Of a stretch of 64,000 bases of DNA, positions 38,488-47,315 are shown piece by piece; position 1 is the stretch's first letter; every line of letters starts with the position of its first letter. The notes beneath the pieces are model-generated. The model saw nothing but the letters and a program-made list of their open reading frames with translations. It searched no databases and had not been told where the DNA came from. The stretch covers positions 1,346 through 65,345 of the forward strand of contig CAYYFX010000007.1 in assembly GCA_964471155.1 (NCBI GenBank), read 5' to 3'. Both the position numbers and the translations under genes were made by a program. The DNA is from an uncultured Gemmatimonadota bacterium. GTDB lineage: Bacteria > ARS69.

Positions 38488-39876
38488 GTGACCCAGCACC
38501 CCTTCGCACCGTTCGAGGACAAGATGCGCGCGGAGGGGCTTCCCGACGCCGCCATCGACACGTTCCGCCGCTACCACGCGCGGCTCGCGGCCGGCGAGAC
38601 GGGCCTGCTCCCGGAGACCGAGCTGACGCCGCTGGACGCCGTGCCGGACGCGGAGGCGCTGCGCGGCACGGAGGCGGCGGGGCGCGACGCCCTGCGCCGC
38701 ACCGTCGTGATCAAGCTCAACGGCGGCCTCGGCACGTCCATGGGACTCACGAGCGCGAAGACGCTCCTCCCGGCGAAGAACGGCGAGACGTTCCTGGACC
38801 TCATCGCGCGGCAGATCCTGGACCTGCGCGCGCGGCACGGCGTGGACCTGCCCCTCGTGCTGATGAACAGCTTCCGCACGCGCGAGGACTCGCTCCCCGT
38901 GCTGGAGCGCCACGGCATCCGCGCGGGCGCCCTGCCCCTGGACTTCCTGCAGCACAAGGTCCCGAAGGTGCTCGCGGCGGACCTGTCGCCCGCGCGCTGG
39001 CCCGCGGACCCCGCCCACGAGTGGTGCCCGCCCGGGCACGGCGACCTGTACAACGCGCTCCGCACCACGGGGCTGCTGGACGCCATGATCGCGCGCGGCT
39101 TCGAGCACGCCTTCGTCTCGAACTCGGACAACCTCGGCGCGGTCGTGGACCTGGCCATCCTCGGGTACTTCGCGACGGAGCGGCTCCCGTTCCTCATGGA
39201 GGCGTGCGACCGCACGGAGGCGGACCGCAAGGGCGGGCACCTCGCCCGGCGCGCGCGGGACGGCGGGCTCGTGCTGCGCGAGGTCGCGCAGACGCCGAAG
39301 GACGGGATGGACGCGTTCCAGGACATCCGCCGCCACCGCTACTTCAACACGAACACGCTGTGGATCTCGCTGCCCGCGCTGCGCGACGCGCTGCGCGCGC
39401 GCGACGGCTTCCTCGGACTCCCGCTCATCGTGAACGCGAAGCCCCTGGATCCCGTGGACGAGTCCTCCCCGCGCGTCTACCAGCTCGAGACCGCCATGGG
39501 CGCGGCCATCTCCGTGTTCGAGGGCGCGCGGGCGATCCGCGTCCCGCGCGAGCGGTTCGTGCCGGTGAAGACCACGAACGACCTCCTGGCGCTGTGGTCG
39601 GACGTGTACGTGCTGGACGACCACGCGCGGCTGCGCCCGGCGCCCGGGCGCGCGGTCGGCGACCTCGTGGTGGACCTGGACCCGCGCTTCTACCGGCGCA
39701 TCGACCAGCTCGAGGCCCGCTTCCCGCACGGCGCGCCGTCGCTGGTCGACTGCCGGCGGCTCGTCGTGCGCGGCGACGTCACGTTCGGCGCCGGCTGCGC
39801 GTGCCGCGGGGAGGTGCGCCTGGAGCGCCCGGACGACGCCCCGCACATCCTCGAAGCCGGCACGGTGCTTTGCTGA
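38488..39876 (+). CDS. UDPGP-family (eukaryotic-type) UTP--glucose-1-phosphate / UDP-sugar uridylyltransferase
   Basis: VVIKLNGGLGTSMGLTSAKTLLP...ETFLDL...LVLMNSF.T...PGHGDLY...VSNSDNLGA... is the hallmark glycine-rich loop and NB-loop of PF01704 (UGPase/UAP type), not the bacterial GalU type. GTG preceded by GGGAGAC. Confidence 0.75.
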   Translation: MTQHPFAPFEDKMRAEGLPDAAIDTFRRYHARLAAGETGLLPETELTPLDAVPDAEALRGTEAAGRDALRRTVVIKLNGGLGTSMGLTSAKTLLPAKNGETFLDLIARQILDLRARHGVDLPLVLMNSFRTREDSLPVLERHGIRAGALPLDFLQHKVPKVLAADLSPARWPADPAHEWCPPGHGDLYNALRTTGLLDAMIARGFEHAFVSNSDNLGAVVDLAILGYFATERLPFLMEACDRTEADRKGGHLARRARDGGLVLREVAQTPKDGMDAFQDIRRHRYFNTNTLWISLPALRDALRARDGFLGLPLIVNAKPLDPVDESSPRVYQLETAMGAAISVFEGARAIRVPRERFVPVKTTNDLLALWSDVYVLDDHARLRPAPGRAVGDLVVDLDPRFYRRIDQLEARFPHGAPSLVDCRRLVVRGDVTFGAGCACRGEVRLERPDDAPHILEAGTVLC

Positions 39877-41129
39877 CGCGGGAGAACCGCACGCTCGTCG
39901 TCGCGGTGTCGGGCGCGGTCGTGGCCGCGGGCGTGGCGGCCGCGCTCGCGCGGATGCCCGCCGCGGCGGACGCGGTGTGGGCGCGCGGCCCCGGTCCCTG
40001 GATCCCGTTCCTGCTCTCGCGCCTCACCGGCCCGCTGCCGTTCTCGCTGATCGAGGCGGGCGTGGCGACATGGGTCGTGCTGCGGCTGGCGCAGGGCGCG
40101 CGCGCCGGCGTCGCGCTGGCGCGCCACCGGCGGACCGCCGCGGCGGCGCTCGGGGCCGGGGCCCGCGTCGTCCTCCGCGATCTCGCCGTGGCGCTCGCGC
40201 TCTTCCACGCCCTGTGGGGGTTCGGCTACGCGTGCTCCCCGCTGGAGGCGCGGCTCGGCTGGGGCGCCCGCGGCGGTCCGGACGATGCGCGGCTCGGCGA
40301 CCTCGCCGCGCGCATGGTGGCCGAGGCGAACGCCGCCTACGTCGCGCTCCACGGGAACGCGGACGCCGGCGCGCCCACGACGATGCCGGACCGCGCCGCC
40401 CTCGAGGCGGCCGTCGAGCGCGGGTGGCAGCGCGTGGGCGCGGCCCTGGAGCTGCCCGGCCCGGCCGCGCATCGGCACGGCCGCCCCAAGCGCCTCCTCC
40501 TGAGCCCCGTGCTGCGCCGCGCCGGGCTGTCCGGGTTCTTCTCGCCCTTCACCGGCGAGGCGAACCTCAACCGCTCCGTCCCCGCCGTGTCCTACCCGCA
40601 GGTGGTCGCGCACGAGAAGGCGCACCAGCGCGGCATCAACCGGGAGGACGAGGCGAACTTCCTGGGCTGGCTCGCCGCCGCCTCGTCGGACGATCCGCTC
40701 GCGCGCTACGCCGCCGCCGTGTTCGCGCAGCGGCAGCTCCTCCGCCCGCTGCTCGCGGTGGACGAGGAGCGCGCACGGGCCCTCGTCGCGGAGCGCGTCC
40801 CCGGCGTGCAGCGCGACGTGGACGACCTGCGCGACTACTGGAGCGTCTCCACCGGTCGCACCGGCCGGGTCGCGAACCGGATGAACGACGCGTACCTGCG
40901 CGGGAACCGCGTGCCGGACGGCGTGGCGAGCTACGGGCGGGCGGCCGAGCTGCTGCTGGCGTGGGCGGCGCGGAACGGCGGTCAGCTCGCGCCGGTGTCG
41001 GAGGACGCGCCCACGGCGTCCAGCGCGCCGCGCACCTTCCGCGCCAGCGACTCCAGCGTGAACGGCTTCTGCAGGAACTCGGCCTCGGACACGGACACGC
41101 CGTACCGCACGATCGCGTCGTCGTTGTAG
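39870..41129 (+). CDS. DUF3810-family membrane protein (HExxH-containing, putative metallohydrolase). The 5' end is uncertain (TTG 39870, GTG 39906 or ATG 39954).
   Basis: N-terminal TM helix (TLVVAVSGAVVAAGVAAALA), the HEKAHQRGINREDEANFLG motif typical of DUF3810, and the conserved RMNDAYLR region. The 3' end overlaps the convergent histidine-kinase gene by about 148 nt. Confidence 0.6.
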   Translation: MLTRENRTLVVAVSGAVVAAGVAAALARMPAAADAVWARGPGPWIPFLLSRLTGPLPFSLIEAGVATWVVLRLAQGARAGVALARHRRTAAAALGAGARVVLRDLAVALALFHALWGFGYACSPLEARLGWGARGGPDDARLGDLAARMVAEANAAYVALHGNADAGAPTTMPDRAALEAAVERGWQRVGAALELPGPAAHRHGRPKRLLLSPVLRRAGLSGFFSPFTGEANLNRSVPAVSYPQVVAHEKAHQRGINREDEANFLGWLAAASSDDPLARYAAAVFAQRQLLRPLLAVDEERARALVAERVPGVQRDVDDLRDYWSVSTGRTGRVANRMNDAYLRGNRVPDGVASYGRAAELLLAWAARNGGQLAPVSEDAPTASSAPRTFRASDSSVNGFCRNSASDTDTPYRTIASSL

Positions 41130-43351
41130 CCGGACATGTACAGCACCTTCGTGGCGGGGCGAAGCCGGCGGACGCGCTCGGCCAGCTCGCCGCCGGAGAG
41201 CCCCGGCATCATCACGTCCGTGAGCAGGAGGTGGAAGGAGTCCCCGTCCGACTCCCAGATGGACAGCGCCTCCTCCGCGCTCGCCGCCTTCGTCACGGCA
41301 TAGCCCTCGATCTCCAGCGCCTCCGCTGCCATCTCGCGCACCTCGTCCTCGTCCTCCACGAGGAGGATGCGCCCCGTGCGGTCCGGGCGCGGCGGAATCG
41401 GGATCGCCGCCGAGGAGCGCACCGGCAGCGCCGACGCGACCCGCGGAAGGCGGATGCGGAAGGTCGTGCCGCGGCCGGGCGCCGACTCCACGCGGATCGT
41501 CCCCTGGCCCTCGGTGACGATCCCGTAGACCGTGCTCAGCCCCAGCCCCGTCCCCTCGCCGCGCGGCTTCGTGGTGAAGAACGGCTCGAACAGGCGGGCC
41601 TGCGTGGCCTGGTCCATGCCCACGCCCTCGTCCGCCACCTCGAGGAACACGAACGCCGAGGAGGAGCCGGATCCGGTGGACTCGTCCGGGCGCGTGCGCA
41701 CGGTGATCGTTCCGCCGTCGGGCATCGCGTCGCGCGCGTTGACCACGAGGTTCATCAGCACCTGCTCCATCTGGCCCCGGTCGGCGCGCACCTGGCAATC
41801 GCCCGCGAGGTCCGTGTGCAACGTGATGCGCTCCCCCAGCAGCTTCCCGAACAGGACCTGGATGTCGCGCACGACCTCGGAGAGGTCCAGCACCTCGCGC
41901 TTCACCACCTCCTTGCGGCTGAACGCGAGCAGCTTGCGCGTGAGCAGCGAGCCGCGCAGCGCGGCGCGGCGCACCGCCTCGAGCGCGCTGCGCGTCTTCC
42001 CGTCCGCGCGCGTGCGCCCCGCGAGCAGTTCGGCCTGGCCGAGGATCACGCTCAGGAGGTTGTTGAAGTCGTGCGCCACGCCGCCGGCGAGCCGGCCCAC
42101 GGCCTCCATCTTCTGCGAGTGGCGCAGCTCGGTCTCCAGCCGCTTGGTCTGCGTGACGTCGCGGATCTCCAGCAGCGTGACCACCCGGCCGTCGAGGTCG
42201 AACCGCGTGGCCGTGACCTGCGCGGGCACGCGGCGGGCATCCTTGCCGAGGATCGTCCACTCGCGCACGAGGGCCTGGTCCGGGTCCCGCACGCGGTCGT
42301 ACACGCGCTGCGCCTCGGGCCACTCGGCCTTCTCGTGCAGGGCCCGCACCTCGAGCCCGGCCAGCTCCTCCGCGGTCCAGCCGGTGAGGACCGTGGCCAC
42401 GTGGTTCGCGAGGACGATGCGCCCGCTGTCCGGATCCACCATGAGCATCGCATCCGGGCTGTGCTCGAAGAGGTGGCGGTAGCGCGCCTCGGAGCGGCGC
42501 AGGATCTCCAGGTCGCTGAGGTCCTGCACGATCACGAGGACCTCGGCGGGCCGGCCGTCCTGGCCCTGGATGGGGATGTAGCGGACGTACAGGCTGCGGG
42601 CGGGGGCGCCGGCCGCCGGGCGCGGCTCGTCGTGCAGCACGGAGCCGTCCCGGAACACGCGCGCCACGGGGCAGCGCTCCGGCGGCGCGCACTCCATCCC
42701 GATCATCCGGCACACGTCGCGCAGGGACACCGCCTTCCCGGAGGCGTCCGCGGTCTCGAACTGCCGCGCGAGCGGCTGGTTCATCCACGGGACGTTGCCC
42801 TCCGCGTCCACCACGAACACGCGGGTGTCGGACTGGTTCACCGCGGCCACGAACTTCTGCCGCTCCCGGTCCAGCACGCGGAGCTGCGCGTCCATCACGC
42901 GGAACCAGCGCTCCTGCTGCGCGGTCGCGGCGCGCACGTCCGCGAGCTCGGCGTCGCGGGCCCACCGCCCGGCCAGGATCCCGACCAGGCGCTCGGCCGC
43001 GCGCCCGTCCGCCGGGCCGGCGTCCGGACCCGGCGCCAGCGCGGCCCAGCCCAGCAGGCGCTCGCCCGCCGCGATCGGGAGGAGCAGCGCGCCGGCGGCG
43101 GCGGGCGCGGCCGCGGTGACGGCGGAGACCACCTGCTCGCGCAGCCGTCGGCACGTGTCCGCGTCGCCGTGCCACGACTCCGCGAGGACGCGGCCGCCGC
43201 GCGCCAGCGCGACGCCGCCGGCGCGCGCGCGCCCGGCCTCCGCGAGCAGCCGCGCCGCCTCCGGCAGCGCCGCCTCGGCGGTCGCGGCCGCGAGGAGCGG
43301 ATGCAGCCGTTCCAGGAACGCGGGGATCGCGGGGTCGGCGCCGGGGCTCAC
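40982..43351 (-). CDS. Hybrid sensor histidine kinase (GAF-like N-terminus, PAS domains, HisKA, HATPase_c, C-terminal receiver domain)
   Basis: H-box RHSQKMEAVGRLAGGVAHDFNNLL. N/G boxes NLVVNARDAMPDGGTITV...DEGVGMD...GTGLGLS. Receiver domain ILLVEDEDEVR...LLLTDVMMPGLSG...KVLYMSG. 789 aa. Confidence 0.85.
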   Translation of the reverse strand: MSPGADPAIPAFLERLHPLLAAATAEAALPEAARLLAEAGRARAGGVALARGGRVLAESWHGDADTCRRLREQVVSAVTAAAPAAAGALLLPIAAGERLLGWAALAPGPDAGPADGRAAERLVGILAGRWARDAELADVRAATAQQERWFRVMDAQLRVLDRERQKFVAAVNQSDTRVFVVDAEGNVPWMNQPLARQFETADASGKAVSLRDVCRMIGMECAPPERCPVARVFRDGSVLHDEPRPAAGAPARSLYVRYIPIQGQDGRPAEVLVIVQDLSDLEILRRSEARYRHLFEHSPDAMLMVDPDSGRIVLANHVATVLTGWTAEELAGLEVRALHEKAEWPEAQRVYDRVRDPDQALVREWTILGKDARRVPAQVTATRFDLDGRVVTLLEIRDVTQTKRLETELRHSQKMEAVGRLAGGVAHDFNNLLSVILGQAELLAGRTRADGKTRSALEAVRRAALRGSLLTRKLLAFSRKEVVKREVLDLSEVVRDIQVLFGKLLGERITLHTDLAGDCQVRADRGQMEQVLMNLVVNARDAMPDGGTITVRTRPDESTGSGSSSAFVFLEVADEGVGMDQATQARLFEPFFTTKPRGEGTGLGLSTVYGIVTEGQGTIRVESAPGRGTTFRIRLPRVASALPVRSSAAIPIPPRPDRTGRILLVEDEDEVREMAAEALEIEGYAVTKAASAEEALSIWESDGDSFHLLLTDVMMPGLSGGELAERVRRLRPATKVLYMSGYNDDAIVRYGVSVSEAEFLQKPFTLESLARKVRGALDAVGASSDTGAS

Positions 43352-43357
43352 GGGATC

Positions 43358-43831
43358 TCAGCCTCGCGTCACCGCGCGCGCCTCGTACGCGCGCGCCAGC
43401 GTATCCGCCACGCGCTGCACGTCGGCCACCGTGGCCTCGTCGAACGCGCCCACCTGGTGGCTGTCGATGTCGATCTGCGCGTGGATGCGATCCCCGGAGC
43501 GGATCAGCACGACCAACTCGGAGCGCGTCTCCGTGGAGCACGCGAGGTAGTTCGACACCTCGCGCACGTCCGGGATGTTCATGTTGCGCCGCTCGGCGAC
43601 GGCCGTGCCGCACACGCCGCGGCCCACGCCGATGAACACGTGGTCCGTCGGCGCGCCGACGAAGGGGCCGAGCCGCAGCGTCTGGTCGGGGAACAACTCG
43701 TAGATCCCGGTCCAGTGGAAGCGCGGGTTCGTCTCGTGCAGCCGCCGCACGGCCGCCTCGAGGACGTCCTCGAAGGGCGTGTCGCCCGCGATCATCTCCT
43801 CGAGGGCATGGCAGAGCTCGGGGATCGACAC
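43358..43831 (-). CDS. GAF-domain protein of the free methionine-(R)-sulfoxide reductase (fRMsr / YebR) family
   Basis: FHWTGIYELFPDQTLRLGPFVGAPTDHVFIGVGRGVCGTAVAERRNMNIPDVREVSNYLACSTETRSELVVLIRSGDRIHAQIDIDS aligns motif-for-motif with YebR-type GAF proteins (G.GVCG.A, I.CS..T.SE.V.P). Start is GTG 43831 or ATG 43795. The Arg-rich upstream part of the track ORF is rejected. Confidence 0.75.
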   Translation of the reverse strand: MSIPELCHALEEMIAGDTPFEDVLEAAVRRLHETNPRFHWTGIYELFPDQTLRLGPFVGAPTDHVFIGVGRGVCGTAVAERRNMNIPDVREVSNYLACSTETRSELVVLIRSGDRIHAQIDIDSHQVGAFDEATVADVQRVADTLARAYEARAVTRG

Positions 43832-43971
43832 GGCATCCTCCCGAAGGGGCAAGCGGATCCGCCGGATGTGTCGGATCGGGCCTGTCGGGGGAGAATCGGC
43901 GCGCTTCGGTCGCGTCCTTAGAAGCGGAGGCGAAAGTCCGGCGGGGTGGCGCGAAGCATTGCAAACATCGG

Positions 43972-44415
43972 TCAATCGCCCCCGGTCCGGCCGACGCGGG
44001 CGAGGCCGGAGCGGCCCGGCTCGCCGGTGACGACGGTGCCGCCGGCGGGATCCCACACGTACCGGCCGCGCACGTGGAGCGAGTCCCCGGCGGCGGCGCC
44101 CGGCGGCGCGGTCCCGGGGACGGCGAGCCACGTGAACGGATGGCCGTCCGCGGTCCGCACGCGCCATCGCGGCGCGCGCCCGCCGGCCAGCAGCGTGTCG
44201 GGCGCGGCCGCCTCGATCACCCCGTGCGCCTGCACCGGGATGTTCGACGCGCGCTCGTCGAACGCGCGCTTCGGGCTCTTCGCGAACGCCCACGGCAGGG
44301 ACCCCTGCCACTCCGGGGCCAGGATCCTCACCGCGGCGAGCCCCAGCACGAAGGTGACGAGGATGGCGATCGCCTTGTGGCGGCCGTACCGCTCGCGGGC
44401 GGCGGCGTCGCTCAC
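43972..44415 (-). CDS. Hypothetical small membrane-anchored protein. GTG start overlapping the upstream stop (GTGA).
   Basis: VSDAAARERYGRHKAIAILVTFVLGLAAVRILAPEW... has a single N-terminal TM anchor. GC3-rich codon usage. Tightly coupled to the AhpD-like gene. No recognisable family. Confidence 0.4.
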   Translation of the reverse strand: MSDAAARERYGRHKAIAILVTFVLGLAAVRILAPEWQGSLPWAFAKSPKRAFDERASNIPVQAHGVIEAAAPDTLLAGGRAPRWRVRTADGHPFTWLAVPGTAPPGAAAGDSLHVRGRYVWDPAGGTVVTGEPGRSGLARVGRTGGD

Positions 44416-44840
44416 GTCCCCGCCTTCCCGCCCTTCGCGCGCTTCGCCTTCTTCCCCTTCGTGGACTTCCCGGACTTCCGCGGCGCCGCCGCCCCCTTCT
44501 CCGCGGCGATCACCTCGTCCAGCAGATCGCGCGCGTGCCGCAGGTGCGGGATCACGATGGATCCGCCCACGACCAGCGCCACGTCGAACGCCTCCGCGAA
44601 CTCCGCCTCGGTCACGCCGTGCCGGCGGCACTCGATGACGTGGTACGAGATGCAGTCGTTGCAGCGCAGCACCATGGACGCCGTGAGCCCCAGCAGCTCC
44701 TTCGTCCTCGCGGGGAGCGCGCCGTCGCGGTACGCGGCGCCGTCGAGCTGGAAGAAGCGCTTCGTCTCGCGCGTGCCGGTCTCCAGGATGCGCTCGTTCA
44801 TGCGCGTGCGGAACTCGTGGAACGCCTTCAACTTCGCCAT
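44412..44840 (-). CDS. Carboxymuconolactone-decarboxylase / AhpD-like family protein (alkylhydroperoxidase core domain) with a Lys-rich C-terminal tail
   Basis: LGLTASMVLRCNDCISYHVIECRRHG carries the C-x-x-C-x-x-x-H motif of the AhpD core domain (TIGR00778-like). C-terminal KGKKAKRAKGGKAGT. Confidence 0.75.
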   Translation of the reverse strand: MAKLKAFHEFRTRMNERILETGTRETKRFFQLDGAAYRDGALPARTKELLGLTASMVLRCNDCISYHVIECRRHGVTEAEFAEAFDVALVVGGSIVIPHLRHARDLLDEVIAAEKGAAAPRKSGKSTKGKKAKRAKGGKAGT

Positions 44841-44870
44841 GCGTCCTCCGGGGTGCGGCGGGCCGGCGCG

Positions 44871-45659
44871 TCAGCGCCAGAGGTCGTCCAGGAAGCGGCG
44901 ACTGCGCATCGCGCCCGGGCGGCCGTGGTGATGGTACTCCAGCATCGCGTCCAGCGCCGCGCGCGCCTCGAGCAGCGTGCCCTTCCCGGGCGGGCGCGCG
45001 GCGGCGAGAGCCGCGGTCAGCTCGCCGAACGCGGCCTGCCGCAGGAACTCCACGGTGTCGGTGCCGAGCCGCCGGCCGCCCTCGGCCGCGCGGCACTTCC
45101 GGCAGAGCAGCCCGCCGAGCCGCGGCGAGAGGCTGGTGGACCCCTCGAGGTCCGCCGCGCCGCACGCCACGCAGCCCGTCAGCTCCGGCGCGATGCCGAG
45201 GTGGTCCATGAGGTGGAGCTGGAAGGCGACCGCCAGCGCGACCGCGCGTCCCTCCTCCCCCTCCGGGAACGGCGCGGTCTCGGCCAGCGCGGACAGCGCG
45301 TCCAGCAGCGTGTCGAAGATCTCCGCGGACGCGCCGCCGTCCGGGACGAGCCGGTCGACCAGCTCCGCGCAGGCCCCGGCCGCCGCGTACGCGAACACGT
45401 CGCGGGCGAGGGCCGCGAAGCTGCGCTTCAGCTCGCAGGCGTCCAGGTACACGAGATCGCGCCCGGGCCTTGCCCGGTAACGGATCCGCGACAAACTGAA
45501 GAGATCCAGTCCCGCGCCGTACCGGCTGCCGGGAGTGCGGCTGCCCTTGGCCATCACGGCCACGCGCCCGCTCTCGCGCGCGAGGAGCGTCACCACGTGG
45601 GACGTGTCCCCCTGGCGCACGTGGCGGAGCACGAGCGCGTCGGTCTCCACCGCCGCCAT
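44871..45659 (-). CDS. recO: DNA repair protein RecO
   Basis: 262 aa. N-terminal OB-fold region (ALVLRHVRQGDTSHVVTLLARESGRVAVMAKGSR). Central helical domain. C-terminal zinc-binding CVACGAA...LCRKCR motif typical of RecO. Confidence 0.8.
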   Translation of the reverse strand: MAAVETDALVLRHVRQGDTSHVVTLLARESGRVAVMAKGSRTPGSRYGAGLDLFSLSRIRYRARPGRDLVYLDACELKRSFAALARDVFAYAAAGACAELVDRLVPDGGASAEIFDTLLDALSALAETAPFPEGEEGRAVALAVAFQLHLMDHLGIAPELTGCVACGAADLEGSTSLSPRLGGLLCRKCRAAEGGRRLGTDTVEFLRQAAFGELTAALAAARPPGKGTLLEARAALDAMLEYHHHGRPGAMRSRRFLDDLWR

Positions 45660-45661
45660 GG

Positions 45662-46651
45662 TCAGTCCCGCGCGGCGGGCACGGCGGCGGCGCGGATCTC
45701 CAGGTAGTCCGGGCCCAGGTAGCACCAGTACAGCCGCCCGCCCAGCATGCGCACGGGGCGCCCGGGGAGGATGCGGTTGTTCTCCTTCACCGCGTCGTCC
45801 ACCGCGGGGAGGCGGAGTTCCCGGATGGTGTCCGCCTCCTGCACGCGGACCACGAGCTCGCGCGGCAGGCGGCGCTTCGGCGCGCCGGGGTCGTCGTCGG
45901 CCAGCACCACGACCACGCTGTCGCCCAGGCCGCCCACGAACTCGCCCGCGCCGGGCGCGGCGAAGGCCTCGGACAGGCCGCGTCCCTTGCGGTTCACGCT
46001 GCCGTCCGGGTTCGGCACCCAGATCGCCGCGTCGTCGAAGCCCACGCCGGACGTGGAGCGCACCACCTGCTCGCCGCCCGCGATCACGCCGGTCTTCGCG
46101 TCCCACAGCGGATAGGTGGCGGCCATCGTGGGGTCGAAGACGCCGAGCAGCGTCCCCTCCAGCACGATGCGCCAGCGGTCCCGCCCCTCGGCGGGCGGGC
46201 GCAGGTACGGGTTCGCGGACTGCACGCGATCCACCTCGCGGCCGGACTGCAGGTCGTACACGAAGAGGTCCACGAACGCGGACGCGCCGAGCATGCGGCG
46301 CCCCGCCACGAGCAGCGCGGGGGACGCGGCCATTTCGTCGAACTCGCGCGCGTCGCCGGGCATCGGGAAGTGGTGCACGATGCGGTCGCCCTCGAGCAGC
46401 AGGATGCCGTCCGCCTCCGCGAGCGTGAGCGCCACGCGGCGCCCGCCCGGCAGCACGGCGAAGGGGCCGGGCACGAGGGCGGCGCCGTCGCGCTCGGCCA
46501 GCGTGATGGACACGCGCGCCACGGTCTCGCCCTTCAGGCGAACGGACGCGGGCTTCGGCGCGGCGGGCGCGGGCGGCGTCGCGCACGCCGCCAGGACGAG
46601 GGCGAGCGCGGTCGCTGCGGCAAGGCGGCGGATGGACGCGGGGCGCGGCAT
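45662..46651 (-). CDS. Hypothetical lipoprotein
   Basis: MPRPASIRRLAAATALALVLAACATPP is a lipoprotein signal with a lipobox. No recognisable domain. The ATG is preceded by AAGGA and ends 3 nt before recO. Confidence 0.6.
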   Translation of the reverse strand: MPRPASIRRLAAATALALVLAACATPPAPAAPKPASVRLKGETVARVSITLAERDGAALVPGPFAVLPGGRRVALTLAEADGILLLEGDRIVHHFPMPGDAREFDEMAASPALLVAGRRMLGASAFVDLFVYDLQSGREVDRVQSANPYLRPPAEGRDRWRIVLEGTLLGVFDPTMAATYPLWDAKTGVIAGGEQVVRSTSGVGFDDAAIWVPNPDGSVNRKGRGLSEAFAAPGAGEFVGGLGDSVVVVLADDDPGAPKRRLPRELVVRVQEADTIRELRLPAVDDAVKENNRILPGRPVRMLGGRLYWCYLGPDYLEIRAAAVPAARD

Positions 46652-47315
46652 GGTCCTTGGATGGTACGCGCCGGCCGGCGGATGCGGAACGCGGGAAGCC
46701 ACCTACCGCCGGAAGCGGGACGGGCGGGTGCGGGCGAGGTGGGCGAGCGCGGCCGGGGAGCCAGGGCGGGAGGGAATCTCGGCGGGCGCCGGGACCAGCT
46801 TCGCGAGATGCCGGCCTTCGACGCCCCCGAGGGCGGGCCGTGCGGCGGACAGTCCCTTCCCCCGTCGCTCCCCTGGTGGCGAAGGACCCGGCGGTTCGTG
46901 AATCGGTTCCTCTTCCGCGGGGCCCCCGGACCGCCGGTTTCCCGACGGTAGGGACGGCGAGCGGGCGGCGTGCCGACCGGTTTCCCGGCGCCTTCACGGC
47001 CGCCCCTCACCCCGAGTGCTGCCCACGTTTCCCCGAAGAGGTCCCGTGCCGACCGGGTCTGGGGGTCGGGTCCGTCGTTTCCGCCGACGGACGGGCCCTT
47101 ACACCGCAAGGGCCGGGCCATGGGTGCGGGAGCAGCCCCCGGGCGACCAGAATCACCCCATATCGATAGAATCTTGGCCCCCGGACCGGCTCCCGACGGC
47201 GGACCGTAGGCCGGCGGCGCCGTTCGTACCTCGGGCGGTGTCCAGCCTCCCGGCGAAACTGTCCAATCGGAGCGACAGGCTGGACAGGCGCCACCGCTGG
47301 AGCATCGGGCGTCCG

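Noticed and set aside
46652-47315. tRNA, tmRNA, RNase P RNA or SRP RNA in the long intergenic spacer (and in the 49.39-49.87 kb spacer)
   Set aside because: Searched by eye for GGTTCGANTCC T-loops with a 3' CCA, the RNase P P4 (GGAAAGTCCGGGCTCC / ACAGAACCCGGCTTA) consensus and the SRP domain IV motif. None was found. ggttcgtgaatcggttcc resembles a T-arm only superficially, with no flanking acceptor stem.
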